In this document: positions 26,714-40,677 of the stretch, in pieces
Layout: the number at the start of each line of letters is the position of its first letter
Numbering within the stretch: position 1 is the stretch's first letter
From: Prorocentrum cordatum
Lineage: Eukaryota
DNA: 53,968 nt
NCBI GenBank assembly: GCA_963575745.1
Contig: CAUYUJ010000277.1
Coordinates: 62,001 to 115,968, forward strand
Direction: 5' to 3'
Position numbers and translations under genes: made by a program
The notes under the pieces: generated by a model
What the model saw: the letters and a program-made list of their open reading frames with translations, nothing else
The model's database searches: none
Told to the model about the DNA's origin: nothing

Positions 26714-29700
26714 CTTCCCTTTGTGGCTGCGTAAGATATTGAAATCGTAACCTTCACCCTGCACGAAGTGGTTACGCAGGATATTGAAATCGTAACCTTC
26801 ACCCTGCACAAACGGTACTGTTGGTGTGAGCGATGGCACACAAATAACAGCTCTCCTGTCACCTCGAGGTGTCCCGACCTGTCTAGCAAGATAGTCCCAG
26901 TCCGCGTGACTGAAGTCGGATCCCCAGCACTCCGTCGTTCCAAGAGAGAGGAAAAGAGACAATTGCAGCAGTAGCAATAACAATAACAAGTGCAGGCGGC
27001 CTAGCACACACAATAACAATAACAAGTGCAGCGGCCTAGCTGACCTCGATCTCGCTGAACCCGAAGAAGACGAAGAAGGCAGCGATGGCTGCCGCGCCGC
27101 CCGCGGCGACGCACCCCCCTCCCACACGCTAGACGCCTGTGGGATCCAGACGCCTTGATCCAGACGCCTTGAGCCTTGGACGCCTTGGACGCCAGACGTG
27201 TGATCGAGGTACAGTGGTAGCGTCCAAAACCCGGAGAGCGAAGAGGCAACTCTGCAGAGCTTTCGCGCCGCGCTCTGGGGGGCTCTCCTGAAGCGCTTCT
27301 CAAGCGCTGCCTGGCACGCTTCCACGCGTGCCTGCACGCGTGCAGGCACGCGTGGACGCGTGCCGGAACCGCTCCCGGACGGGCTGCGACCTCCGGCGAG
27401 TCGCTGCGGGGATTCTGGAGCGGCGAAGATGGGCTGCTGGGAGGCACCACCACCGTCCGGCTTCTAATCTAAAACCCTATAGCTCTCAGAGAGCTCTCCG
27501 GGAACATTGTCTCTTTAGGTCGGGTCTGCCAACTGGGAGCCGGCGGTAAACCGTCAACCAGGTTAGCGCCGGGAGCCTCGTAGAGCTCTTCTTCTGGCGT
27601 GGAGTGCTCAGAACACACGGAGGTAGCTTTCTCAACCGTAAGCTGAAAAACTCTGAAAAAAAAACACGTTTTTCGGTTTTCATCCAAAGTCGGTCCCTTC
27701 AAATGTTTTGATAGTGATACTGGGCGCTGGCGGTAAACCGTCAACCTTTCTTACAGATGGGAAACTCGTAGAGCTTCCTTCCCATATATCTATATATATA
27801 TATGTGTCCAAATAATTACCAGAGAACGAATAGTTTTCAGCCCGAGCGCTGATAGCAGACTGATCTCAGGCGTCTAGTACCATTTCCAAGAAAGCGGTTC
27901 AGCCCAAGCGCTAACAGCAGACTCAGCGCGGGTGTCTAGATACATTTAAATAGCGCGCATGATGATTCTCTTTTCATTGCAATGCCTATGAGCTCTCAAG
28001 CTCATCTGCACCTCGAGCTCAGTCCAGAAAACGAATTCCATCACCAGAACAATAGCAGAGTATTTGTTTGGCGTCTGCGCTCATAACAGACCCAAGCCAA
28101 GCGTCCAGATACTTGAGACTGGCGCGCTTCATGACTTCCTTTTGATTTCTGTGCGGAAGAGCTCTGAAGCTCATCTGCCGATCGAGTTCAGTGAAGAATT
28201 GTACCAACATGTCGAAAAAATCGGTCGAATACGAATAGTTTTGCGGACCTAGCTCGAGTAGCAGACTGGGTTCAGAGCTCTAGATACTCCAGCCGAACGC
28301 GCCTGATTATTCTGAATTGATTACGTGCGCCTAAAAGCTCTGTAGCTATGCTACAGCTCGAGTTAAGTACAGAACACCGACAGTGCCTGTTAAGAGAACT
28401 CGAAGAATACGGATAGCGTCGCGGACCTAGCTCGAATAACAAACCGAGTTCAGACCTCTCGATGCAACAGACGAACGCGCCTGATGATTCTGAATCGATT
28501 CGTGCGCGCACCAGCTCTGTAGCTCTGCTACAGCCGAGTTAAGTACAGAAAACCGACAGCACCTGACAAGATGACTCGAAGAATACGACTAGTTTCGCGG
28601 ACCTAGCTCGAGTAGCAGACCGAGTTCAGACCTCTGGATGCAATAGACAAACGCGCCAAGTGTTTTGATAGTAATACTGGAGCTACGGACCTGAGAATTT
28701 CACTGGCGGGCGCGGCATAACCTACTACAGGTGCGAAAAAATACCCGTTCTCAAAACGAATGTTCAAATCTCTCACAATCTTCGTCCAACCGACCCAAAG
28801 TTCCCACTGGGTGCCGGCGGTAAACCGTCAACCTTGGTTACCGCCGGGGGACTCGTAGAGCTTCCTTACCATATACCATCTCTAAAGAATAAGCAGAGTA
28901 CGAATAGTTGTTCAGCCCGAGCGCTAATAGCAGACTGATTGCAGCCGTCTAGATACATTCAGTCAACCAGCACCTCTGACAATTTCCTTCCGATTGCTGT
29001 GCAGAACAGCCCTGTAGCTCATCTGCAGCGCGAGTTAGACCAAGAAAACCAATACCGTCTGCAAGAAATTAGCAGAGTACGAATAGGTGTTGTTCAGCCA
29101 GGGCGCTCATAGAAGTCTGACTTCAGGGGTCTAGGCACTATCAAATAGCGCGCCTCATGATTGTCTTCCGATTGCTCTGCCTCAGAGCTCGGGATCTCAT
29201 CTGCAACTCGAGCTTAGTCAGAAAAACCATTCCATCACCAGGATAAAAAAAAAATCTGAATAGTTGTTCGGCTTCTGTGCTGAGAACAGACCGAATCCAA
29301 GCGTCTGGACACTTCAGACTAGCGCGTCTGACAATTCCCTCCCGACTTCTGTGCGAAAGAGCAATGACGCTTGGATGCAGCTCGACTTCAGTCAAGCAAC
29401 TCACCATCATCTTGAAAAAAGTCGGTAGACTACGAATAGCTTCGCGAACCCAGCTCGAGTAGCAGACCGAGTTCAGACCTCTAGATGCTTCAGACAAACG
29501 CGCCTGATGATTCTGAATCGAGTGCGTGTGCGCGTCAGCTCTGTGGCCCTCCTACAGCTCGAGGTAAGTACAGAAAACCAACAGCAGCTGTCAAGAAAAT
29601 TCGTGCAATACGAATAGTTGTGCGGACCTAGCTCGAGTAGTGGACCGAGTTCAGACTTCTAGATGCTTCAGACGAATGCGCATGATGATTCTAAATCGAT

Positions 29701-32070
29701 TACGTGGCCGTACAAGCTATGTAGCTCTCCTAAAGTTCGAGTTAAGTACAGAAAACTGAGAGCACCTGTCAACGAATTTCGTGAATACGAATAGTTTTGC
29801 GGACCTGGCTGGGTTAATGGACCGAGTTCAGACCTCTACACGCCTGAGACGAGAACGCGTGTGATGGTTCTGAATCGATTACGAGGGCGCAGCAGCCCTG
29901 TAGCGCTCCTGCAGCTGTTAAGTACCGAAAACCGACAGCACCTGTCAAGGAAAGCGGTATAATACGAATAGTTTCGCGGATCTAGATCGAGTAGCAGACT
30001 GAGATCAGACCTCTAGATGCTTGAGATGAACGCGCCTGATGATTATGTATCGGTTTCTGTGAGCAACAGCTCTGTAGCTCTCCCACAGCTCGAATTAAGC
30101 ACAGAAACCCGACAACAGCTGTCGAGAAAATTCGTACAATACAAATAGTTTTGCGGATCTAGCTCGAGTAATGGACCAAGTTCAGAGCTCTAGATGCTTG
30201 AGATGAACGCGCCTCATGATTCTGCATCGGTTTCTGTCAGCACCAGCCTTGTAGCTCTCCTACAGCTCGATCTAAGTACAAAAAACCGACAACGCGTGTG
30301 AAGTTGACTCGAACCAGCCAATCCCGCCTGGATGCTCTTTGGCAGTAATAGGTCCCCGATCGAGCTGAGATTAAGACGGCGAGCGGCAATAAGATCGAAT
30401 ATGACGGTAGAAAATACTAGAGCTCAAACGGATTGTTGAATTTCGACAACATAATGGGATCCGGCGGTAAACCGTCAACCAGGTAACCGCCGGAAGCCTC
30501 GTAGAGCTCTTTTCTCGCGCGGGGCTGATCGGAACTCATGAAAGAAGCTTTCTCCAGATGAGCCAAGAAACTCGAAAAAAAACAGTTTTTCATTTTTTCC
30601 CGAAGTTGGTTCCCGCAATTCTTTTGATAGCAATATTGCAGCTACAAACCTGAGAATTGCACTGACAGACGCGACAGAACCCACTACAGACGTGACATCG
30701 ATTACGTGTGCGTACGAGCTCTACAGTTCTGCTACATCTCACGGTAAGTAAGGACAACTTACAGCGCCAATCTAGACAACCGGTACAATACAAATAGCTT
30801 CGCAGACCTAGCTCGAGTAGCAGACCGAATCCAGATGCTCAGACCCACCGCGCCTCTGGATGCTCCAGATGAGCGCGTCTGATACTTCTGAATCGGTTTC
30901 TGTTAATACCAGCTCTGTAGCTCCCCTACACCTCGAGTTACGCACAAAAACTAACAACGCCTGTCAAGATGACTCGAAACAGAACTCGGTTCCCTCAAGT
31001 CTTTCGATAATAATATTTCAGCTACGGACCTGAGAATTTCACAGCCGCGCGCGGAATAAACCACTACAGGTCAGAAAAATACCCGCTCTTAAAACGAACT
31101 TTCAAATTTTACACAGAGATACAACAACTGACCCAAAGCTATGACTCTTTACGTCGGGTCTGTCAACTAGCTCCACCCTGCGCCCGAATTCCTCTTAGCT
31201 CATCTTGCCGAAGAGCTCTACGAGGTACTGGACGCCGGCGGTAAACCGTCAACCTTGGCTACCGCCGCGGGACTCGTAGAGCTTCCTTGCCATATACCAT
31301 CTCCAAAGAATTAGCAGAGTACGAATAGTTGTTCAGCCCGAGCGTTAATAGCAGACTGATTGCAACCGTCTAGATACACTCAACTAGCAACAGCTGTCAA
31401 GAAAATTCGTACAATACGAACAGTTTTGCAGACATAGCTCGAATAGTGGACCGAGTTCAGACCTCTAGATGCTTCAGACGACGGCGTCTGATGATTCTGA
31501 ATCGGTTTCTGTGCGCACCAGCTCTGTAGCTCACCTACAGCTCGAGTTAAGTACGAAAAACGGATGGTATCTGTCAAGAGAATCGGTAGAATACGAATAG
31601 TTTCGCGGACCTACCTCGAGTAGTAGACCGAGTTGAGACCTCTAGATGCTTCAGACGACCGCGTGTGATGATTCTGAATCGGTTTCTGTGCGCACCAGCT
31701 CTGTAGCTCTCCTACAGATCGAGTTAAGCACAAAAAACAAACAGCAGATGTCAAGAAAATCAATAAAATACGAATAGTGTTGCAAACCTAGCTCGAGTAG
31801 CAGACTGAGTTCAGACCTCTAGATGCTTCGGATGAACGCGCCTGGTGATTCTAGATCGGTTTCTGTGAGTAGCAGCTCTGTAGCTCTCCTACAGCCCGAG
31901 TTAAGTACAGAAAACCGACGAAGAGAACTCGAACGATACAAATAGTTTCGCGGATCTAGCTCGAGTAGCAGACTGAGTTCAGATCTCTAGATGCAACAGA
32001 AGAACGCGCCTGATGAATCTGAATCGGTTTATGAGGGCACCAGCTGCGTAGCTCTCCTATAGCTCGAGTT

Positions 32071-33233
32071 TGGTGTTTGGTCAGGCTACACCAGGGCGCG
32101 CGCGCCCAAGCCTAAGGGCAAGAGCCAGTTAAATCCGTTTCCTCCGCTTTGCAAAGGAAATTTCTTTAACAATGTGCTCCACACCTGTGCACAGGCGCTC
32201 GGCAGCAGACAATTCTGCCTCCGTCACGGTGGAGCCGACATCAAACATGTAGGCTTCAGAGCACACGAGCGTCCACGGGCCATTCTCTGGAGCAACTTCA
32301 ATCCAGTGACCTCCTGCGGCACCCTCACTACTCACACCACCATCCCAACATCCTCTGATGTATTTGATGTTTGTCTTGTTCTGTTTGATGTAGTCGTGCT
32401 TGTATACTATGTAACAATTTCCTTCTCTCGCATGGTGTGTGTAAGCTCATCAGCATAGGCATTGGCTTCTCTATAGATGTGTTTTCAGCAATCCTTTCCG
32501 TGGGTCGGGCATCGTGTGTTGTATTGTTCACACATGTCGTACATGATATTTTGTATCCTGGCAATCCGTTTGGCATATCCACTGTTGTCACAAGCCCAGA
32601 CTCCCCTCAACCATTGTACCACCGTCCTACTGTCACCACACATTTCAATAGCAATCCCCTCCATTCCACGGTCCCATATTGTCGTTTGTTCGTGTATGAT
32701 TGCAAGCCGTCGGGCCAGCTCATCATTTGTCGGTACCTTCGCAAAGCCTCCGACCCTCACCTCCTCCTTCCTCCTCACAAACATGTCCTGCACTTTGGGT
32801 ATCTGTGATAGATGTTCCACAAACTCCTCCCAATCCGTCGGGACCACACACGTATCGCACCACAAGAGGGACCTCCATTTTTCAAAAAGGTGCATGCCAG
32901 CTTCCTGTCACGATCCTTGGTATGCCCCTGAGCCGTCTCGTTCCCTCCCTCGCTTTCGTCTGACTCACGGACGCCAGCATTGCATCCCTCTGCACCGTCC
33001 ATTCTCCCGATACATGCAGCATCGAGCGCAGCGTCTGCTGCCATGATTTGCTATACACCGTGGACGGCATGTGGCATTCATATTGGGATACTTCAACCGC
33101 AAATTCGAAGTTGTATCTCACGACTTTTTCCACCAACGTTTTGGATCCCCCTTCTTTGAACATCTCCCTGGACCTGTTGGTACTACGATCCCTGAACTCC
33201 GCCCACGTTTCCGTCTCTCTTCTGTGTAATCCT
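32071..33233 (-). mobile_element. 5'-truncated, decayed LINE of a related family (post-RT region + permuted RNase H)
   Basis: GLHRRETETWAEFRDR, IEMCGDSRTVVQW, KHIYREANAYADEL, YIRGCWDGG, STVTEAEL align to ORF2; two frameshifts and a TGA at the conserved W; same 3' hairpin. Confidence 0.9.
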
Positions 33234-34304
33234 GTCAAGATGACTCGAAACAGCACCTGTCAAGATGACTCGAAACAGCCGGTCCCGCCTGGATGCTTTT
33301 TGGCAGTAAAAGCTACCCGATCGAGCTCAGATTGAGACGGCGAGCGGGAATAAGATCGAATATCACGGGAAAAAATACTAGAGCTCAAACGAATGGTTGA
33401 ATTTCGAGAACATAACTGGGATCCGGCGGTAAACCGTCAACCAGGTAACCGCCGGGAGCCTCGTAGAGCTCTTTCTTGCGCGGCGGTGCTCGAAACAAAC
33501 GGAAAAAGCTTTCTCAAGCGCGAAGAAAAGAGCTCGAAAAATACGTTTTCCAACGTCGGTTCCCTCAAGTTTTTTGATAGTAAGATTGCATCTACGGACC
33601 TGAGAATTGGACTGGCAGACGTGGCGTAACCCACTACACGTGAGAAAAAAAATGATTTCTCAAAATGAATTGTCAAATATCTTTCAAATCTCAGCAGAAC
33701 CGACCCCAAGTCACCACATTGTCTCTCAAGGTCTGATCTGCCAACTAGCTCCACCCTGCGTCCGAATTCCTCTTATTCTATCCAAAAAATTAGCAGAGGA
33801 CAAATAGTTGTTTCAGCCCGAGCGCTGATAGCAGATGATCTCAGGCGTCTAGATACATTTCACTATTGCCCCTGATGCTCTGTCGCTCATCTGCAGCGCG
33901 AGTGAAACCAAGAAGAACAATACAATTTCCAAGAAAGTAGCACAGTACGAATCAGTGTTCGGCCCTAGCGCTAATAGTAGACTCAGCGTGGGTGTCTAGA
34001 TACTTTCAAATAGCGCGCATCTTCATCATTTCCCCATTGCAATGCCTAAGAGCTCTCAAGCTCATCTGCACCTCGAATTCACACCAGGAACGAATTCCAT
34101 CACCAGAAAAAAAAAAAGAGAACATGACTAGTTGTGCGGCGTCTGCGCTCATAAAAGACTTAAGCCGAGCGTCTAGATACTTCAGACTAGCGCACCGCAG
34201 AATGTTCTTCGGATTTCTGTGCGGAAGAGCTCTGAAGCCCATATGCAGATCGAGTTAAGCGAAGAAATTCATCGCTATTTCGAGAGGGAGAGAGAGAGAG
34301 GGGG

Positions 34305-34399
<95 letters not shown>

Positions 34400-35859
34400 G
34401 TTCGAATCCAAATAGTTTTGCGGACCTAGATCGAGTAGCAGACTGTGTTCAGAGCTCTAGATGCTTCAGCCGAACGCCCCTAATGATTCTGGATCGGTTT
34501 CTGTGCGCATCAGCTCTGTAGCTCTGCTACAGCTTCAGTTAAGTACAGAACACCGACAGCGCCTGTAAAGAGAACTTGAAGAATACGAATGGTTTCGCGG
34601 CCTAGCTCGAGTAGCAGACCGAGTTCAGACCGCTCGATGCAACAGACGAACGCGCCTGATGACACTGGATCGGCTTATCTGCGTACCAGCTCTGTAGCTG
34701 TTCGAAATCTTGAGTTAAGTATAGAAAACCGACAGCACTTGTCAAAATGACTCGAAGAATACGAATAGTTTTGCGGACCTAGCTCGAGTAGCAGACCGAG
34801 TTCAGACCTCTGGATGCAACAGACGAACGCGCCTGATGATGCTGGATCGGTCTGTAAGCATCAGCTCTGTAGCTTTCCTAAATCTCGAGTTAAGTACAGA
34901 AAACCGTCAACGCGTGTCAAGATCGCTCGAAACACAGTCGGTTCCTGCAAAGTCCTTTGATAGTAATATTGCAGCTACCGACCTGAGAATTGGACTGGCA
35001 GATGTGGCATAACCCACTACACGTGCGAAAAATTCGGTTTCTCGAAATGAATGGTCAAATATATTTCAATCTTAGCAAATCCGACCCCAAGTCATCACAT
35101 TGTCTCTTAAGGTCGGGTCTGCCGACTAGCTCCACCTGCGCCCGAATTCCACTTAGCTCATCTTGCCGAGAAGCTCTACGAGGTATTTTGAACCGACCAA
35201 AAGTCAGCAAAAGGTCAGTGGAGATTTTTCTTCCCAACTAGCTCTCCAGCGCCCCGAAATAACTGGGCGCCGGCGGTAAACCATCAACCTTTCTTACCGC
35301 CGGGAGACTCGTAGAGCTTCCTTGCCATATATTATGTCCAAAGAATTGGCAGAGAACGAATAGTTTTTCAGCCCGAGCGCCGATAGCAGACTGATCTCAG
35401 GCTTCTAGATACATTTCACTATTGCCCCTTACGATTCCCTTCCCATTGCTGTGCTGAACAGCTCCGTAGCTCATCTGCAGCAGTAAAACCCAGAAAAACG
35501 ATATCATTTCCAAGAAAGTAGCAGAGTACGAATCGGTGTTCAGCCCTAGCGCTAACAGCAGACTGAGCGCGGGTGTCTAGATACTTTCAAATAGCGCGCA
35601 TGATGCCTCAGAGCTCTGAAGCTGATCTGCACCTCGAGTTCAGCCCAGGAAACGAATTCCATCACAAGGAAAATAGCAGAGTATGACTAGTTGTTCGGCG
35701 TCTGCGCTCACAACAGACCCAAGCCAAGCGTCTAGACACTTCAGACTAGCGCGCCTCATGATTCTCTTCTGATTTCTGTGCGGAAGAGCAAGCTGATCTG
35801 CAGCTCGAGTTAAATGAAAAAAATCACCATTACTTCGAAAAAATCTGTCGACTACAAAT

Positions 35860-36380
35860 AGTTTTGCGGACCTAACTCGAGTAGATTACACAGTTCAGAG
35901 CTCTAGATGCAACAGACGAACGCGCCTGATGATTCCAAATCGATTTCTGTGCGTACCAGCTCTGTAGCTCTCCTACAGCTCGAGTTGAGTACAGAACACC
36001 GACAACGTCTTTTAGGGAGAACTCGAAGAATACGAATAGTTTCGCGGACATAGCTCGAGTAGCAGACCGAGTTCAGACCTCTCGATGCAACAGACGAACG
36101 CGCCTGATCATTCTGAATCGATTCGTGTGCGCACCAGCTCTGCAGCTTTCCTACAGCCCGAGTTGGGTACACAAGACCGACAGCACCTGTCAAGATGACT
36201 CGAAGAATACGAATAGCTTCGCGGACCTAGCTCGAGTAGCAGACCGAGTTCAGACCTCTAGATGTAACAGACGGACGCGCCTGATGATTCTGAATCGGTT
36301 CCTGTAAACTCCAGCTCTGTAGCTGTCCTAAATCTCGAGTTATGTACAGAAAACTGACAGCACCTGTCAAAATGACTCAA
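35860..36380. repeat. Representative 177-bp tandem repeat carried by family B elements (found throughout 17.6-48.3 kb)
   Basis: tacgaatag at 36031 and 36208 (period 177); consensus AGCTCGAGTTAAGTACAGAAAACCGACAGCACCTGTCAAGATGACTCGAAGAATACGAATAGTTTCGCGGACCTAGCTCGAGTAGCAGACCGAGTTCAGACCTC... Confidence 0.9.
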
Positions 36381-37891
36381 AACAGCCGATCCCGCCCGGA
36401 AGCTTTTTGGCAGTAATAGGTACCCGATCGAGCTGAGATTGGAACGCTGAGCGGGGATAAGATCAAATATGACGGGAAAAATACTAGAGCTCAAACGAAT
36501 TGAGGAATTTCGAAACCATAATTTTCAACCGAGCAATAGTCACCAAAAGGTCCGTCGAGATTTTTCTTGCCAACTAGCTCTCCAGCGCCACGGAACTGGG
36601 CGCCAGCGGTAAACCGTCAACCTCTCTTACCGCCGGGAGACTCGTAGAGCTTCCTTGCCATCTATTATGTCCAAAGAATTGGCAGAGAACGAATAGTTTT
36701 TCAGCCCGAGCGCTGATAGCAGACTGATCTGAGGCGTCTAGATACATTTCACTATTGCCCCTTACGATTCCCTTCCCACTGCTGCTGAACAGCTCTGTAG
36801 ATCATCTGCAGCACAAGTAAAACCAAGAAAAACAATACCATTTCCAAGCAAGTAGCAGAGTACGAATCGGTGTTCAGCCCTAGCTAGATACTTTGAAATA
36901 GCGCGCATGATGATTCTCTTCTCATTTTAATGCCTCAGGGCTCTTCAGCTCATCTGCTGCAGAGTTCAGCCCAGGAAACGAATTCCATCACAAGAAAAAA
37001 AGCAGAGTATGACTAGTTATTCGGCGTCTAGATACTTCAGACTTGCGCGCCTCATGATTTTCTTCTGATTTCTGTGCGCAAGAGCACTCAAGCTCATCTG
37101 CAGCTCGAGTTACGTGAAGAACTTCACCATCATTTCGAAAAATCGGTCGGATACCAATAGTTTTGCGGGCCTAGCTCGAGTAGCCGACTGATTTCAGAGC
37201 TCCAGACCAACAGACGAACGCGCCTGATGATTCTGGATCGATTTGAGTGCGCACCAGCTCTGTAGCTCTTCTACAGCTCGAGTTAGGTACAGAACACCGA
37301 CAGCGCCTGTTAAGAGAACTCGAAGAATACGAATAGTTTCGCGGACCTAGCTCGAGTAGCAAACCAAGTTCCGACCTCTAGATGCAACAGACGAAAGCGC
37401 CTGATCATTATGAATCGATTCGTGTGCGCACCAGCTCTGCAGCCCTCCTACATCCCGAGTTAAGTACAGAAAACAGACAGCACCTGTCAAGATGACTCGA
37501 AGAATACGAATAGTTTCGCGGACCTAGCTCGAGTAGCAGACCGAGGTCAGACCTCTGGATGCAACAGACGAACGCGCCTGATGATTCTGGATCGGTTTCT
37601 GTAAATACCAGCTGTAGCTCCTCTACAGCTCGAGTTAAATACAAAAAAACCGACAACGCCTGTCCAGATGACTCGAAACAGCCAATCCCGCCGGAGTGCT
37701 TTTTGGCAGTAAAAGGTACCCGATCGAGCTGAGATCAAGACGGCGAGCGGGAAAAAAATTGAATATGATGAGAAGAATACTAGAGCTCAAACGAATTGTT
37801 GAATTTCGAGAACAAAATTTTCAACCGAGCAAAAGTCAGAAAAAAGTCCGTCGACATTTTTCTTGCCAACTAGCTCTCCAGCGACCCGGAA

Positions 37892-38263
37892 CTGGGACCC
37901 GGCGGTAAACCGTCGACCAGGTAACCGCCAGGAGCCTCGCAGAGCTCTTGTCCGTACGGCGCTTCCTTGCGCGTGAGCTGAAAGACTTGACAAATTACGT
38001 AGTTTTCACCGAAAGTCGGTTGTTTCAAGTGTTTTGATAGTAATACTGCAGCTACAGATCTGAGAATTTGACAGGCGAACGCGGCATAACTCACTACAGC
38101 TGCGAGAAATATCGGTTCTGAGAATGAATGTTCAAATCTTCCACAATGTTTGCCCAACCGACCCAAAGTTCACACATTGTCCGCCCGGGCAAGCTGGGTC
38201 AAATAGCTGCACCCCGCGCCGGAATTCCTCTAGCTCATCGTTGCCGAAGAGCTCTATGAGGTA
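37892..38263 (-). mobile_element. Full-length family A rolling-circle-like element (372 bp)
   Basis: Terminal hairpin plus CCTCG(C)AGAGCTC at the left and GAGCTCTA(T)GAGGTA at the right; flanks ccggaa | tta rejoin to host consensus ccggaattac. Confidence 0.75.
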
Positions 38264-38559
38264 TTACTGGGAGCCGGCGGTGAACCGTCAACCAGGCTAC
38301 CGCCGGGAGCCTCGTACAGCTCTTGTCTGCACGGCGCTGCTTGGAATACATGGGAGAAGCTTTCTTACGCATAGCTGAAAACTTGGAAAATTACGTTTTT
38401 CAGTTTTCACAGAAAATCGGTTCCTTCAAGTGTTTTGATAGTAATACTGCAGCTACGGACCTGAGAATTTCACTGGCGGACGCGGCATAACCCACTACAG
38501 GTGCGAAAAATACCGGTTCTCATAATGAACTGGAATCCGGCGGTTAACCGTCAACCAAG

Positions 38560-40677
38560 TTTTTTGTTGCGTCTTTGCTGGGACCGTCCTGGCCACTGAG
38601 GCCAGGTCCAACGAAGTCTCAGGCGAATCAGAGCCTCTTATTCGTCACGCAAGCAGTCAACTCTTATTTCACATCAGCGAAGCTGTTAGAATAAAGAGAA
38701 TAAAAACCAGCAATGACACAATCAATCGCAAAACACACAAATGATAAACGAAGAGCAAATAAACAGCGAAGCTGTTAGAATAAACAAGAAGACAACATAT
38801 GATATGAAACAATGTGCGACTTATCACTGCGAATGATCAAAGAAGGTCTGTACAACCTGTGGGGGCACATCACATATGCGCTCCGCCACTGATAACTCCG
38901 CATCTGCGACCGTGGCACTTGGTGGCAGACACCAAGCCGCAAGATACACATCCTTGAAAGTGATGTCGGTCCGCGAGAAGATATACTTGTTACGCAGACC
39001 TATCTGTATCCACACGCCACAGGCCCTTCCGCGGCTACAAACACCCCCATCAAAGCCAGCTCTGATAAGGCAAGGAGTAAAACACTGAGATTCGAAATCA
39101 CTGAGGTAAAAGAAATCGGCTTACATATGGCCCTGACGGGCCTGATGGGTCAGTAAGTCAGCCCTCTGGTTCCATTCCCGAAAAGACTGAGAGAAGAAGT
39201 CACGGCCAGCCTCTGGAGGCCTCACCGAGTCAGCATCCTGCATCTCGTCCAACTTATTTTTCAGAGTGTCCACCCTTTTCTGATATACCTGAGCTGATAC
39301 TTTCCATTTCCCACAGAGCCAGTTAATCACTAGCAACGAGTCCCCCTGGATGTCCAGTGCTATCCCATCCGTTTCGAGGTCCCACTGTGTGCAAAGCATG
39401 CTATGCAGCGCGATACGTTTGCTAAGTCGATCCCTATATGCTGGTGTATCCTCCCGATCTTGACCAATATGAACCCCTCCATCCTCATCCATATTCAAGA
39501 ACACAGGAACCCCTGAGGACGCCAAGCCTTTGCATTTCTTCTGGAAATACTTCAACATACTACTAGAACAAACGCGCGCAGCGAAATCCATGAAATGTTC
39601 AAAGCTTCCAACAAAGAACTCCCACCAGGATAAACCATAAAACGATTCCAAAGAATAATACCAAGAACGAAGCCCTACACTCTCCTGTCCCCCACGATGT
39701 CGTTTCAGTGACCTAGCCCCCTTGGATTTCCCCCAACATCTGAGAGCCTCGCTCGAATCTGTCCTCGTTCTATCCCACAGCCGGCCAAACGCCAGGCATG
39801 AGAAACGAGACTCTCTCCAAGCTCTTGTCGAGTTCGCCTCCAGCGCCTCCTGATCTGCGATCAACCTCTGGGCAAAATCGCGGACGTCGATTGCCCACAT
39901 CCAGTGCACTCTGAGAAACTTCTGTACAATACCCACATAATGTGCATCATGGAACTTCTGTCTCGCACGTTCATACCTCCTCGTATTCCACTCCTGATAA
40001 CTTTCCTCCTCCCTCCGTACACAACGAAACATGACAGCCAGGCACTTACCCTCAAAGATATGAAGGGCACTCAATGAACTAGAGTCGACGGTGCATCCTT
40101 CCGCCGCGCGGAGAACAATACTCTGAACCCTCTGCGCATACCTCTCATACTTATCTTTCAGCGGAATGGCCGTGGAGCGGAAAAAGGACGCCTGGCCCCA
40201 GAACGCCCTACGAGCAGAGTCAACACTAGCATCCAGATCTGGATGCTCATTTACATGTAGTTCAGAACAAATATGAGCCCCAAGCACCTCCATCTCCGTC
40301 ACTCTTCTGAATCGATACATTCCCGAATCCTCCGACCCAATCGAGAGAACAAGATCAGCAGTTCGGAATATTTCCCCTTCCGCATCACGCGGAGGCGCAG
40401 CACCGAACACCATGTACAATAGACTGGACTCCTTCCATCTCATACCATAGTCATGTAAGTGTGTAGTCAGACCGTGTAACATGCGCGTGAGTTCCTCCCG
40501 ACTCCGAGCCAGAACATGACAGTTGTCCGCCCAGAGGAAGTGATTAATAACCGAAATACAGCTAGTCGAGCCTGTAGCAAACTCAATACGATAACCTAGC
40601 CCTAGCACGTCCCATTCTCGAACCGTGGAACTCCACATAGCGGCAACAATAAGATTGAAAGCCAATGGTCCCTCATA
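38560..40677 (-). mobile_element. 5'-truncated LINE of a third, more divergent family (RT C-half + permuted RNase H)
   Basis: EGPLAFN, HFLWADN, MEVLG, IQGDSLLVINW, FREWNQRADLL; after one in-frame TAA (39121-39123) IRAGFDGG and ATVADAEL; A-rich tail at 38560-38570. Confidence 0.9.

Larger units (their letters stand above)
21772..27503 (-). mobile_element. Apparently intact non-LTR retrotransposon (LINE): ORF1 + APE-RT-RNase H ORF2
   Basis: Uninterrupted ORF1 and ORF2, ~60-nt 3' UTR with hairpin and C/A-rich tail; both flanks are rolling-circle-family sequence; no TSD seen. Confidence 0.93.

Noticed and set aside
26735..26810. 2A-like peptide upstream of ORF1 (GYDFNILR twice)
   Set aside because: No D(V/I)ExNPGP motif; it is a 45-nt-period duplication upstream of the first ATG.
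26714..27349. N-terminal extension of ORF1 to 578 aa
   Set aside because: Starts at GTG inside a palindrome and crosses short repeats with no ATG; more likely 5' UTR, though not excluded.
27468..27480. Telomere/telo-box motif AAACCCTA
   Set aside because: A single 8-mer is expected by chance in a window of this size.
38585..38625. Hammerhead ribozyme (CTGAG...GAAG)
   Set aside because: Lacks the CUGANGA and GAAA core; better explained as the LINE 3' hairpin on the other strand.
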